From Acidobacteriota bacterium (lineage in GTDB: Bacteria; Acidobacteriota; Blastocatellia; UBA7656): a stretch of 39,578 bases of DNA. The stretch lies in contig JANMSG010000087.1 in assembly GCA_031389065.1 (NCBI GenBank), positions 1 to 39,578 on the forward strand, written 5' to 3'. Shown piece by piece: positions 1-7,889 of this stretch. Below the pieces are notes generated by a model that ran no database searches, had not been told where the DNA came from, and saw only the letters and a list, made by a program, of their open reading frames with translations. A program made the position numbers and the translations under genes. The stretch's first letter is position 1. Every line of letters starts with the position of its first letter.

Positions 1-418
1 TGAATTGTTTGGCGCGCTCGCGCCGGTAGCCGCGAACCTCTTTACGCAAGGCTTGCGTTTCAATGCCATTGCGGATGGTAACCTCAAGCTCTTCGAGATT
101 GATGGGCTTGGCAATGAAATCATAAGCCCCGCCGCGCAGAGCGGATATGGTGTTTTCTATGAATACATCGGAAGTAACCATAATGACGACAGCATCAGAA
201 TAGCGGTTTTTAATTTCGCGCAGAGCATCGAGTCCTGAGCCATCCGGCAGGTTGATGTCGAGCAGAACTACAGAGGGTTGATAAGAATCAAAAGCCGCGA
301 CCGCCGATAATACATTGCCGACAGCAAAGGATTCATAGCCCCATTCCTTCAATGCCTGGGCCAGCAAAGCACGGATCATATCTTCATCATCGACAATTAA
401 AATTTTTTCTTTAGGCAT
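1..418 (-). CDS. Response regulator, receiver (REC) domain. Only the N-terminal ~139 aa are visible; the gene runs off the left edge, so the output domain is unknown.
   Basis: Own translation of the reverse strand from ATG (complement of 416-418): [118 protein letters not shown]... It has the CheY-type acidic pair (DD), phospho-acceptor Asp (LLDINLPD), MVTS and AKP Lys. It is not in the ORF track because there is no stop inside the window. The 5..238 + ORF is its antisense shadow. Confidence 0.85.
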   Translation of the reverse strand, partial: MPKEKILIVDDEDMIRALLAQALKEWGYESFAVGNVLSAVAAFDSYQPSVVLLDINLPDGSGLDALREIKNRYSDAVVIMVTSDVFIENTISALRGGAYDFIAKPINLEELEVTIRNGIETQALRKEVRGYRRERAKQF

Positions 419-686
419 CAGGTTTCATCCGACGGTTACTCTGGAATTCAATTCATGAAGTTACTGTGTTCAACTCATCATACAATGTGTGGTAAAGGTG
501 AGCAAGAAACAAAAAAACAACAATTTCAAAAAATGTTTTGAAAAAGGCTTAAATTATAAGCTTTTTCGCTCATGCGAGTTCGATTTTCTCTGCATAAAAG
601 CGTCAATCTACATTGAATGTCGGGCGCAAACTTGCCTCTATTTGAATCGAGGGTCAAAATAATTGCGGAGGTTCAATGAGGAAAAA

Positions 687-1322
687 ATGAGTAACAATAG
701 AATTTATCAAGCAAAGCAATTTCATTTAAGTGGACTGAATGGGATTTCTGATCAAACTCTGGAAGTGCACTTCAAATTGTATGAAGGATATGTCAAAGAG
801 ACCAACAACCTGATCGAAAAGATTGCAACGATTCGGGGCACAGGTCTTGTAGAATCCGACAACATGGCCGCCTACTCGGAACTCAAACGCTGGTTGGGTT
901 TTGAATACAACGGCATGGTTTTGCACGAGTATTATTTTGGTAATCTGAAATCAGGCGCTTCCGGCGACCCTGACAAATCATCAGCATTTTTGCAAGCCGC
1001 AGAGCAGTCCTTTGGCAGTTATGATAATTGGAAATCAGACTTCGTCAGCGTCGGCAAGATGCGCGGCGTTGGTTGGGCGATCTGTTATCAAGACCCGGCG
1101 ACCAGGAGTTTGTCTAATCATTGGATTACCCTGCATGAAGATGGCAACATCGCCGGCTTCAAACCCATCCTTGTGATGGACGTTTGGGAACACGCTTTCT
1201 TGCTCGATTATAAACCTGCGGAAAGACCCAAATACATAGAGGCTTTCTTCTCCAATATTGATTGGAGCGCCGTTGAAGGGCGACTTCAAAACATAGCAGT
1301 AGCTTTACCAGCCGCTAAATAA
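687..1322 (+). CDS. Fe/Mn-family superoxide dismutase (divergent N-terminal motif)
   Basis: The C-terminal signature VMDVWEHAFLLDYKPAERPKYIEAFFSNIDW matches the canonical D-V-W-E-H-A-Y-Y-L-x-Y block with Asp and His ligands. The N-terminal part has ISDQTLEVHFKLYEGYV (first His ligand) and GMVLHEYYF (second His ligand). ATG at 687 is preceded by GAGGA, so it is preferred over the TTG at 663 in the track. Confidence 0.9.
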   Translation: MSNNRIYQAKQFHLSGLNGISDQTLEVHFKLYEGYVKETNNLIEKIATIRGTGLVESDNMAAYSELKRWLGFEYNGMVLHEYYFGNLKSGASGDPDKSSAFLQAAEQSFGSYDNWKSDFVSVGKMRGVGWAICYQDPATRSLSNHWITLHEDGNIAGFKPILVMDVWEHAFLLDYKPAERPKYIEAFFSNIDWSAVEGRLQNIAVALPAAK

Positions 1323-1327
1323 CCGAT

Positions 1328-1370
1328 CGATGAATCGCGCAAAAGTCAGAACGCTTTGCGCGATTCATCG
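1328..1370. terminator. Perfect 16-bp inverted repeat (hairpin) just after the sod stop. Terminator-like, but with no U-tract.
   Basis: cgatgaatcgcgcaaa (1328-1343), an 11-nt loop, then tttgcgcgattcatcg (1355-1370). The arms are exact reverse complements. The sequence after it is aaacttcaag, not a T-run. Confidence 0.5.
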
Positions 1371-1642
1371 AAACTTCAAGCATCGGATATCTTTATGACT
1401 TCGAGGTTTTCTTCGAGCATAGGTCCTGATGGTTGAAGCGAATTTCTCATCAAATGTCTGCTCTCAGGTGCTTGAGCACCGTTCATTATAAAGTAGTTTT
1501 AAATGAAAGCCTCAACTTATATCTTGATTTCGCAAGGCGGTCTTTGTCACAATAGGGAATCATACGGCAATATTAGGAAGTATGCCCTTGCCTATTCCCC
1601 CCTTGATTGCAATGGGTACGCTTATGTTTAGGAGGCGAAGTC

Positions 1643-2662
1643 GTGAAAGTCGCAGCAAAATTTTTAGTTCTACTCATTCCCATGCTGGCATCTGTTCTCA
1701 GCACGGAAGCGCGGGCGCAAATTACCTCTATCACGCTTGGACCGGAACAAATCGGCACAGTGAAAACGGCTGCATCCATCACCACGAAAATTTCGTTTCC
1801 TGACAAAGTTACTTCGGTGATTTGCGGCGACCTCTATGACGGACAAAGCGGCAAAGGCACATTCGTTATTCAGCAAAGCGATAACGACGTTTTCATCAAG
1901 CCGATTGCTTTGAAAGGTCAGAGCAATATGTTTGTCAAAGTGGGCGACGGCAAGAAGACGTATAACTTCGATCTTCTGGTAGTGCCTTTCAATCAAGCGC
2001 ATCGCGTCATCAACGTACTGGATCCCACATTTGTCGCCACATCTTCGTCTGCAAACCCTGCGGCGACAAACGGCAATCCCACTGTGGCAAAAGAGCCTTG
2101 TATCTCCGAAGCTGATTTGGAAAAGAGAAAAGCTGAGATCGAACAAGCGGCGCAACTCAAAGCCGACGATATTATTCGTAAGGCTCGTGAAAGCGCCATG
2201 CGTATCACCAGTGAAGCGGAGACTCGTGCGGCAGAAATCGAGCGTCAATCGTCTAGTCGCGGCCCTCAAGAGGTAGAGCACAGATTTATTCAAGCCATGA
2301 TTGGCGGCGTGCAAAGAGCCGAGGTCAAAACCCTACGCGCCGAAGTCAAGAAGATAGTCGTTATGCTGGATGCCAACATGTTTACCTTTGACGGCAAATC
2401 TTATTTGCGCTACACGATTCAAAACGCCAGCGACAAGGGTTTTGCTTTTACGGCTATTGCGCTTGAGTCAGGAGCCGTGAAAGCTACGCAGCCGATTCCC
2501 GTTGAATTGACGCAATCGAAACCTGAAAACGCGCTTGCCCCTACGGAAACCTTGTCCGGAGTTATCACCTTCGACGCCAAGCTAATTACCGCAAAAGACC
2601 GCGTCGTACTGTACGTTCGTGGCGAGGATAATTTGGAAATCGCCAGATTGATCGTTCAATAA
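1643..2662 (+). CDS. Secreted protein: VirB9/TrbG-like beta-sandwich N-domain, Ala/Glu/Arg-rich coiled coil, and a second beta-rich C-domain
   Basis: GTG at 1643 lies 7 nt after AGGAGG. Signal peptide KVAAKFLVLLIPMLASVLSTEARAQ. The segment ISFPDKVTSVICGDLYDG...NDVFIKPIALKGQSNMFVKVGDGKKTYNFDLLVVP follows the VirB9/TrbG/CagX pattern (I..v..GD...w.v...n.vfiKP....tNl.v.t....Y.F.L). The central segment is EKRKAEIEQAAQLKADDIIRKARESAMRITSEAETRAAEIERQ. The function call is by eye only. Confidence 0.7.
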   Translation: MKVAAKFLVLLIPMLASVLSTEARAQITSITLGPEQIGTVKTAASITTKISFPDKVTSVICGDLYDGQSGKGTFVIQQSDNDVFIKPIALKGQSNMFVKVGDGKKTYNFDLLVVPFNQAHRVINVLDPTFVATSSSANPAATNGNPTVAKEPCISEADLEKRKAEIEQAAQLKADDIIRKARESAMRITSEAETRAAEIERQSSSRGPQEVEHRFIQAMIGGVQRAEVKTLRAEVKKIVVMLDANMFTFDGKSYLRYTIQNASDKGFAFTAIALESGAVKATQPIPVELTQSKPENALAPTETLSGVITFDAKLITAKDRVVLYVRGEDNLEIARLIVQ

Positions 2663-2667
2663 GTTTT

Positions 2668-3429
2668 ATGGCAAAGAGTTTCGCAACGATTTTTATACTC
2701 CTTATGGGAGCGTTTTCTGCGCCAGCGCAGGGACCGCTTTCACCACCTTTGCGTCCGCCTGTGCCGCTCACAAGCGAGCAACAAGAAAAGATTCGCGGCG
2801 AAGAAGCGGCGAAGATAGCTGGCACCAAGCAAATTCCTGCAACTGCAAATCCATTGAGCCTTGTTAAAATACCTGCGCTTGGCGGGCGCATCTCGTCTGG
2901 CAATGTGGCGATAGACGCGATGGTCACAGAAGCTGCGACCATACACGGACTGGATCCTTACTTGATTCTGTCCGTGATGCGGCACGAATCAGGTTTCAAT
3001 CGCAACGCCCTTTCACCGAAAGGAGCCTCTGGGTTGATGCAGTTGATGCCCGCAACGGCCGCCAGATTCGGAGTCAGGAACATCTTCGACGTCCGAGAAA
3101 ATATTTTGGGCGGCGCGAAATATCTGCGCTGGCTGTTGGAGAGATTCAACGGCGATGTAAGACTCGCGCTTGCCGGTTACAACGCCGGAGAAGGAGCCGT
3201 AGAATTTTACGGCAATCGCATACCGCCTTTCTTTGAAACGCAAAATTATGTGCGCGCCATTTACTCGCGTTACGCGGGCTTGCGCTCAAGTACTATGCCT
3301 CAGCCTGTAGCCGCTGTAGAGATGCCTAAGATGTTGGAAACGTCGAGAGAAAAGATTCCCACGTACAATCAAATTATTATTTTCAATTCTTCACGCCCGG
3401 TTGCAAATCTCAAAGGGAAGAATGAATAA
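2668..3429 (+). CDS. Soluble lytic murein transglycosylase (SLT domain, family 1 / VirB1-like)
   Basis: Signal peptide, then the three SLT motifs: SVMRHESGFN (catalytic Glu-Ser), GLMQLMPATA and AGYNAGEGAV. Starts 6 nt after the upstream stop. Confidence 0.9.
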   Translation: MAKSFATIFILLMGAFSAPAQGPLSPPLRPPVPLTSEQQEKIRGEEAAKIAGTKQIPATANPLSLVKIPALGGRISSGNVAIDAMVTEAATIHGLDPYLILSVMRHESGFNRNALSPKGASGLMQLMPATAARFGVRNIFDVRENILGGAKYLRWLLERFNGDVRLALAGYNAGEGAVEFYGNRIPPFFETQNYVRAIYSRYAGLRSSTMPQPVAAVEMPKMLETSREKIPTYNQIIIFNSSRPVANLKGKNE

Positions 3430-3613
3430 GTTAAATCGTGGCATTCAATAGGTGGAGTACATATTCTGCCCCAAAGTCTTTAGAGTCGAAGTAGCCCATC
3501 AAAGAAAAATATCTCTGTTAACTTTGTGTCGCTGGAATTTTGAGGCGAATGCAGATTTAGCCCTTGTCAGTTGACAAACACCACACAAAAAGTTTGATTT
3601 GTGGAGGAGAAGG

Positions 3614-4327
3614 ATGCTTATCCGTTTGATTATTTTTATGCTCTTGGTTGCCTTTATCGGCGCTGGGAATGCGCTCGGTCGGCAAACGATCAAAGATGAC
3701 ACGGAAAAAGAACGCGCCAAACGCGCTGCCGAGAATTCGCCAAATGTTGCAAGAGACGAGCCTGCAACGAAGCTTGAAAAATTTATGGCGCGAAAAAATG
3801 TGCTGATTATCAAAGACGCGTATGCGGTCGGAACAGTTCCGGGACAGCAAGGCAACGAGGTGAAAGTCGAAGCCATCGTTTTATCCGCCGTCGGAGAAGT
3901 GACGAAAATTTATGGACTCAGTTTCATTCGTTTCGCCAATCGCACAGGCGAACGTCAAAACGCCAAAGAGGCGATTAGCTTTGTTGATTTCGATGAAATC
4001 GCAGCTTTGCAAAACGCCCTTGAATACGTCTCGAAAATTGCCAATGACGCAAGCGCGGAAAGCAGTGTCGGAGCGCGCCCACCTGCGCCAAACGATTCGC
4101 GCGCTGATGAAACTGCTGTGGCGAATTCTGCAACGGAGTTTTCGCTGCTGACGCGCGGCGGTTTGAAAACCGGTATGCTGCAAGTTGGCAGACAGCAAAC
4201 CGGATTCATTCAATTTAGTGCGCCTGCACAAGACGCCGCGGTGTTTTTTGGCATAGGGGCGTTGGGGCGTTTTCGGAATCTGGTTTCGCAAGCGCGGACA
4301 AAACTTGTTGCGCTCGGCGCAAGATAA
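3614..4327 (+). CDS. Hypothetical secreted protein
   Basis: ATG at 3614 is preceded by GGAGGAG. N-terminal signal-like MLIRLIIFMLLVAFIGAGNALG. No recognisable motif in the rest. Confidence 0.65.
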   Translation: MLIRLIIFMLLVAFIGAGNALGRQTIKDDTEKERAKRAAENSPNVARDEPATKLEKFMARKNVLIIKDAYAVGTVPGQQGNEVKVEAIVLSAVGEVTKIYGLSFIRFANRTGERQNAKEAISFVDFDEIAALQNALEYVSKIANDASAESSVGARPPAPNDSRADETAVANSATEFSLLTRGGLKTGMLQVGRQQTGFIQFSAPAQDAAVFFGIGALGRFRNLVSQARTKLVALGAR

Positions 4328-4385
4328 GCAGTTTGCAGAAATGTTGAAGAAGAGAAATAAGCGAGCCTTTAGTAAAGAGCTGTGC

Positions 4386-4415
4386 TTGACGAGTGGTTCT
4401 CGCTGGAATTACAAT
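4386..4415 (+). promoter_or_regulatory. Candidate sigma70-type promoter (TTGACG, 18-nt spacer, TACAAT)
   Basis: TTGACG at 4386-4391 and TACAAT at 4410-4415, in the 640-bp non-coding gap. It would give a leader of about 550 nt ahead of the CDS at 4970. The promoter consensus for this unknown taxon is assumed, not known. Confidence 0.3.
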
Positions 4416-4816
4416 GCATACTTTATCACGCAAGGACTTCACCCCCAATTGAAAACTGAAATTTGTAACTGATTCGGCCTCAGACTGAATAAGAAAGAAA
4501 ATAATAGCGGATTGATAATCAAATATTCTTACAAAGATTAGGAGTGGGAGCCTCGCCAAGCGTTTCAGTCATAAACATTTTAGAATCGAAGCACGAGTTG
4601 TTTCCGCAGGATCAGTTTTTACAGCTTGAACTATGAGTTTGCACATGAATAAATGCGCTCGTCTACGGTAGACGAGAAGGCTGATTTACTAGCGAACTTG
4701 CTGTTCTGTAAAGTGGTTTAAGCAGCCCTCTTTTTCTCCTTCTTCATCCCAAGCCCTTTATAGATAATGCTGTCTTGTTCGCCAGCACAGGTGCGAGTTG
4801 TGCAGGAAGAATGCAG

Positions 4817-4853
4817 GCTTGCCGCACAAAGTTTGAAAAATCAGCTTGCCGCA
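4817..4853 (+). repeat. Direct repeat GCTTGCCGCA x2 with 27-bp period, upstream of the first polysaccharide gene
   Basis: GCTTGCCGCA occurs at 4817-4826 and 4844-4853. Extended context is ggcttgccgcacaaag versus agcttgccgcaaaag. TGCAGG x2 lies at 4801-4806 and 4812-4817 just upstream. Confidence 0.4.
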
Positions 4854-4969
4854 AAAGCGGTTTCCCTAAGGGGTTTAACACTGTAGCCCGTAGTCTGCCT
4901 ACCGCACAGTGGAGAAGTAAGGTTGGTGAATCAAAGAATTGTGAGCTCGACCAAAACACCTACAAATAG

Positions 4970-6439
4970 ATGACCGCCTTGATTGAAAAAATTATCATCG
5001 TCTTATTACTTCTCGCCGTCGTCTTTTCTGCTCTTGCTCATGGGGTTGTTGATGCGTGGTCAATTGCCGTTCTGGAAATCGTCGGCGTCATGGTTATTCT
5101 GCTTTGGGGGATTACGGTTGTCATTGAAAAGAGCTTGAAGATACACCTGCCGAATCTGGCACTTCCTGTTGTCGCGTTTTTTATTTTGGGGTTGCTCCAC
5201 TGCATAGCTTTCAAGAATGGCGAGGGCGAGTTGCAAAGTCTATCGGCAGATGTAGAAGCAACGCGCAAGACCGTCTTCTTACTTTTCTTTTTAGTCTGGT
5301 CTTTCCTCATCGCTGCGAATATTTTTGTTGGCAGAAAACGTCTGCATTCGCTGATGAATTTTTTAGTCGGTTACGGAATGGCGATGGCGATGTTCGCGCT
5401 GTTGCAATTTTTCACCTGGAACGGGCGATTTTATTGGGTAAAACCGAACACGCAAGGGATGTCACCTTTCGGTCCATTTGTCAGTCACAATCACTTCGCC
5501 GGTTATATGGAGATGCTGATTCCGCTGGCCGTCGCTATGACGCTGGTGCGCGGGATGAAATTGGAAGCGCGGCTGTTTTACGGATTTTCAGCGCTCTTGA
5601 TGTGTACTGCGTCAGTCGCTTCTTTATCGCGAGGCGGCATGATTAGCCTCGCCGGGATGCTTTTATTTATCGCTTTCTGCAAATTATTTATGAGCGCGAG
5701 TCGCAGAGTGGAAATCCTGAAAAGAGGTTCATCTTCGTTGCAAAGAGGCGCAGAATTGACAGCAATGCGTTATCCTTCGCCTTCGACTTCGCAGAATCGC
5801 CGGGTGACTTGGGTAAAAGGAGTTGGGCTGGTTGCAGCCGTTTCGGCAGCGATTTTTGTAGGCGTCATGTGGGTTGGACCTGACAGGCTTGCCGGGCGTA
5901 TAGCGAGCGGCACATTGACGGGGGCAAGTAGCGGAGAGGAATCTTTTTTTACAAGTAGAGGCTGGATATGGAGAGATTCGTGGGCTATGATAAAGGCGCA
6001 CCCCATATTCGGCGTCGGTATCGGAGCTTTTGAAACCGCTTACCCCCAATACAGTCACAGTGATGGCGCGCTCGTCGTAGGACAATCGCACAATGACTAT
6101 CTTCAAGTTCTGGCTGACGCTGGCCTCATCGGCGGACTGCTCGCTTTGTGGTTTATCGTTTTGGTTTTTCGAGAGATTTTTCGAGCCCTCAAATCAAGAG
6201 ATGCCCTTATATCTGCAATTGCTTTAGGCAGCGGCGCAGGCATCTTTGCCATATTGGTTCACAGCGTTTTCGACTTTAATCTTCAATTGCCCTCAAATGT
6301 TTTATTATTTCTGATTCTGGTTGCCATGTTATCGCAAGCTGTAAAGCTGGTTAGAAGCTATGAAGAAGATGCGCCGGTTGTTGAGGATTCGCCCCATCTT
6401 TTTGCATCGGCAAAGGCTGTGAAATCTCTGAGGCGATAA
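4970..6439 (+). CDS. O-antigen ligase / O-antigen polymerase family (Wzy_C domain) polytopic membrane protein
   Basis: More than 10 hydrophobic segments. It has a large loop followed by GVGIGAFETAYPQYSHSDGALVVGQSHNDYLQVLADAGLIGGLLALWF (the H-N-x-Y-L...G motif of WaaL/Wzy_C proteins). Confidence 0.85.
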   Translation: MTALIEKIIIVLLLLAVVFSALAHGVVDAWSIAVLEIVGVMVILLWGITVVIEKSLKIHLPNLALPVVAFFILGLLHCIAFKNGEGELQSLSADVEATRKTVFLLFFLVWSFLIAANIFVGRKRLHSLMNFLVGYGMAMAMFALLQFFTWNGRFYWVKPNTQGMSPFGPFVSHNHFAGYMEMLIPLAVAMTLVRGMKLEARLFYGFSALLMCTASVASLSRGGMISLAGMLLFIAFCKLFMSASRRVEILKRGSSSLQRGAELTAMRYPSPSTSQNRRVTWVKGVGLVAAVSAAIFVGVMWVGPDRLAGRIASGTLTGASSGEESFFTSRGWIWRDSWAMIKAHPIFGVGIGAFETAYPQYSHSDGALVVGQSHNDYLQVLADAGLIGGLLALWFIVLVFREIFRALKSRDALISAIALGSGAGIFAILVHSVFDFNLQLPSNVLLFLILVAMLSQAVKLVRSYEEDAPVVEDSPHLFASAKAVKSLRR

Positions 6440-6605
6440 GCCAGCTACCCTGAGTAGAAAAATAATATGCCTGAACGGATTGCAAAAGATTTGAATGACG
6501 CAATGGAAAGTGAAGTAACGCAACCATCTTTCTCCCTCAGTCGTCGTCTGAATGTGTTAAGATAAGGCAAGTTAAAATCAATCAACTGATAGTTGTGGGG
6601 CAGTT

Positions 6606-7808
6606 ATGAAAGTAAAATCCACCGGTAAGAAAAAATTCTTAGTTAAATTGAATGAAGGATTGAAGGCGGCGAATGTTGTCGCCAATCTCCTGGTATTTTC
6701 GATGATTGCAATGATTTGTTGTTTCACGCCAGTGAGCCTCAAGGCGCAGGACAGTCGTGCGCAAAAGTCGCAATCTGCAAACCATCGCGCTGATGATACA
6801 AAGAAACCCAATTCATCAGGCAATAGCGCATCTTCCAATGTCTGGATTGTTTCGCAAGAGGATTACTACATAGGGCCGTCCGATGTACTGGATATTAAAA
6901 TCGAAGACGCGCCGGAGTTGTCGCAAGCCTACACGGTGAGCGTCGCAGGTTTTATCGAGATGCAAGTCGCAGGGAAGTTACAGGCGGTCAATAAAACTCC
7001 CGAACAACTTGCAGTAACCATAAGAGAAGAACTCATCAAAGCCGATTATCTGAAGCGGCCTCGCGTCAGCGTCAACGTTGCCGAATATAACAGCCGCACC
7101 TTTTTCATTCACGGCTCGGTGCATTCGGCTGGCCCTTTCAAAATTCGCGGCAAAGTTACGATTCTCGATCTGATCGTTCTGGCTGGCGGAATGACAGAGA
7201 CTCACGGTCCGAACGCCTACATCATCAGACGCAAGCGACAGGCTGGCACAAGCGAAAGTGCTGGCAATCCAGTTTCCGTAACGCCCATTCAGGCGTCAAC
7301 GAGCGGGACTCCCATTCCAGATGCGTCCTCGGCGAGCGCTACGCAAACGACGGCTGACGTTGCGGTTGACAGTCCTGACTATGAAATGATCAAGGCGAAC
7401 ATCAACGGTTTGGAACGAGGCAGATTCAATCAGAATATCGTTTTGCAGCCGGGCGATGTGGTAAACATTCCGGCATTGAATGTTTTCTTTATTGGCGGAG
7501 AAGTAAATGCGCCGGGTCAGTTCCCTCTGAAAGAAGGAACCTCTTTGCGGCAAGCCATCACCCTGGCACAAGGCACGACGTTTAAGGCGGCTAAGAATCG
7601 CACAGTGATTTTTCGCGGCAATGTAGAAGACGGCAAACAGGTTGAAATCCCTGTGGACGTTGAGGCGGTGATGAGCGGCAAAAAGCCCGACATTCTTTTG
7701 CAAGCCGATGACCTGGTGGTCATTCCCAGCAGTCGAATGAAATCTATCGGCGGCACAGTTTTGCAGGCTTTCGGTATGAGCACGGTTCAACGTGGAGTTT
7801 TAAGGTAA
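6606..7808 (+). CDS. wza: Outer-membrane polysaccharide export protein (OPX; Poly_export + SLBB domains)
   Basis: YYIGPSDVLDIKIEDAPELSQAYTVSVAGFIEMQVAGKLQAVNKTPEQLAVTIREEL...RPRVSVNVAEYNSRTFFIHGSVHSAGPF is the Wza-type Poly_export block. It is followed by two SLBB-like segments (ILDLIVLAGG; SLRQAITLAQG). Confidence 0.9.
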   Translation: MKVKSTGKKKFLVKLNEGLKAANVVANLLVFSMIAMICCFTPVSLKAQDSRAQKSQSANHRADDTKKPNSSGNSASSNVWIVSQEDYYIGPSDVLDIKIEDAPELSQAYTVSVAGFIEMQVAGKLQAVNKTPEQLAVTIREELIKADYLKRPRVSVNVAEYNSRTFFIHGSVHSAGPFKIRGKVTILDLIVLAGGMTETHGPNAYIIRRKRQAGTSESAGNPVSVTPIQASTSGTPIPDASSASATQTTADVAVDSPDYEMIKANINGLERGRFNQNIVLQPGDVVNIPALNVFFIGGEVNAPGQFPLKEGTSLRQAITLAQGTTFKAAKNRTVIFRGNVEDGKQVEIPVDVEAVMSGKKPDILLQADDLVVIPSSRMKSIGGTVLQAFGMSTVQRGVLR

Positions 7809-7889
7809 TGTTGAATCCAGGAATTTTGGCGACAAATTATTTCTCGCTTCGGCATAGACCAGGCGTAGAAGTGGTTAGGAGAATGAGCT

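Noticed and set aside
5-238. 77-aa + strand ORF at the left edge
   Set aside because: It lies antisense to a much better supported response-regulator reading frame on the minus strand (1..418) and has no recognisable motif.
1670-2314. Long antisense ORFs inside well-supported genes: 1670..2314 -, 7296..7790 -, 9422..9829 -, 15275..15742 -, 28428..28883 -, 34221..34859 -, 34859..35248 -
   Set aside because: Each is fully embedded opposite a CDS with clear family motifs. Their products are Arg/Ser/Cys-rich and low in complexity, which is typical of shadow ORFs. None has a ribosome-binding site or a motif.
4664-4673. ACGGTAG resembling the ops/JUMPStart core GGCGGTAG in the locus leader
   Set aside because: Only 6 of 8 core positions match, and it forms the loop and 3' arm of a hairpin. 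RfaH/ops usage is established for enterobacteria, not for this unknown taxon.
4775-4969. 64-aa ORF ending exactly at the start codon of the Wzy_C-family gene (a possible leader peptide)
   Set aside because: TTG start with no RBS. The Cys/Arg/Lys-rich composition looks non-coding. It overlaps the direct repeats, which are better explained as DNA or RNA elements.
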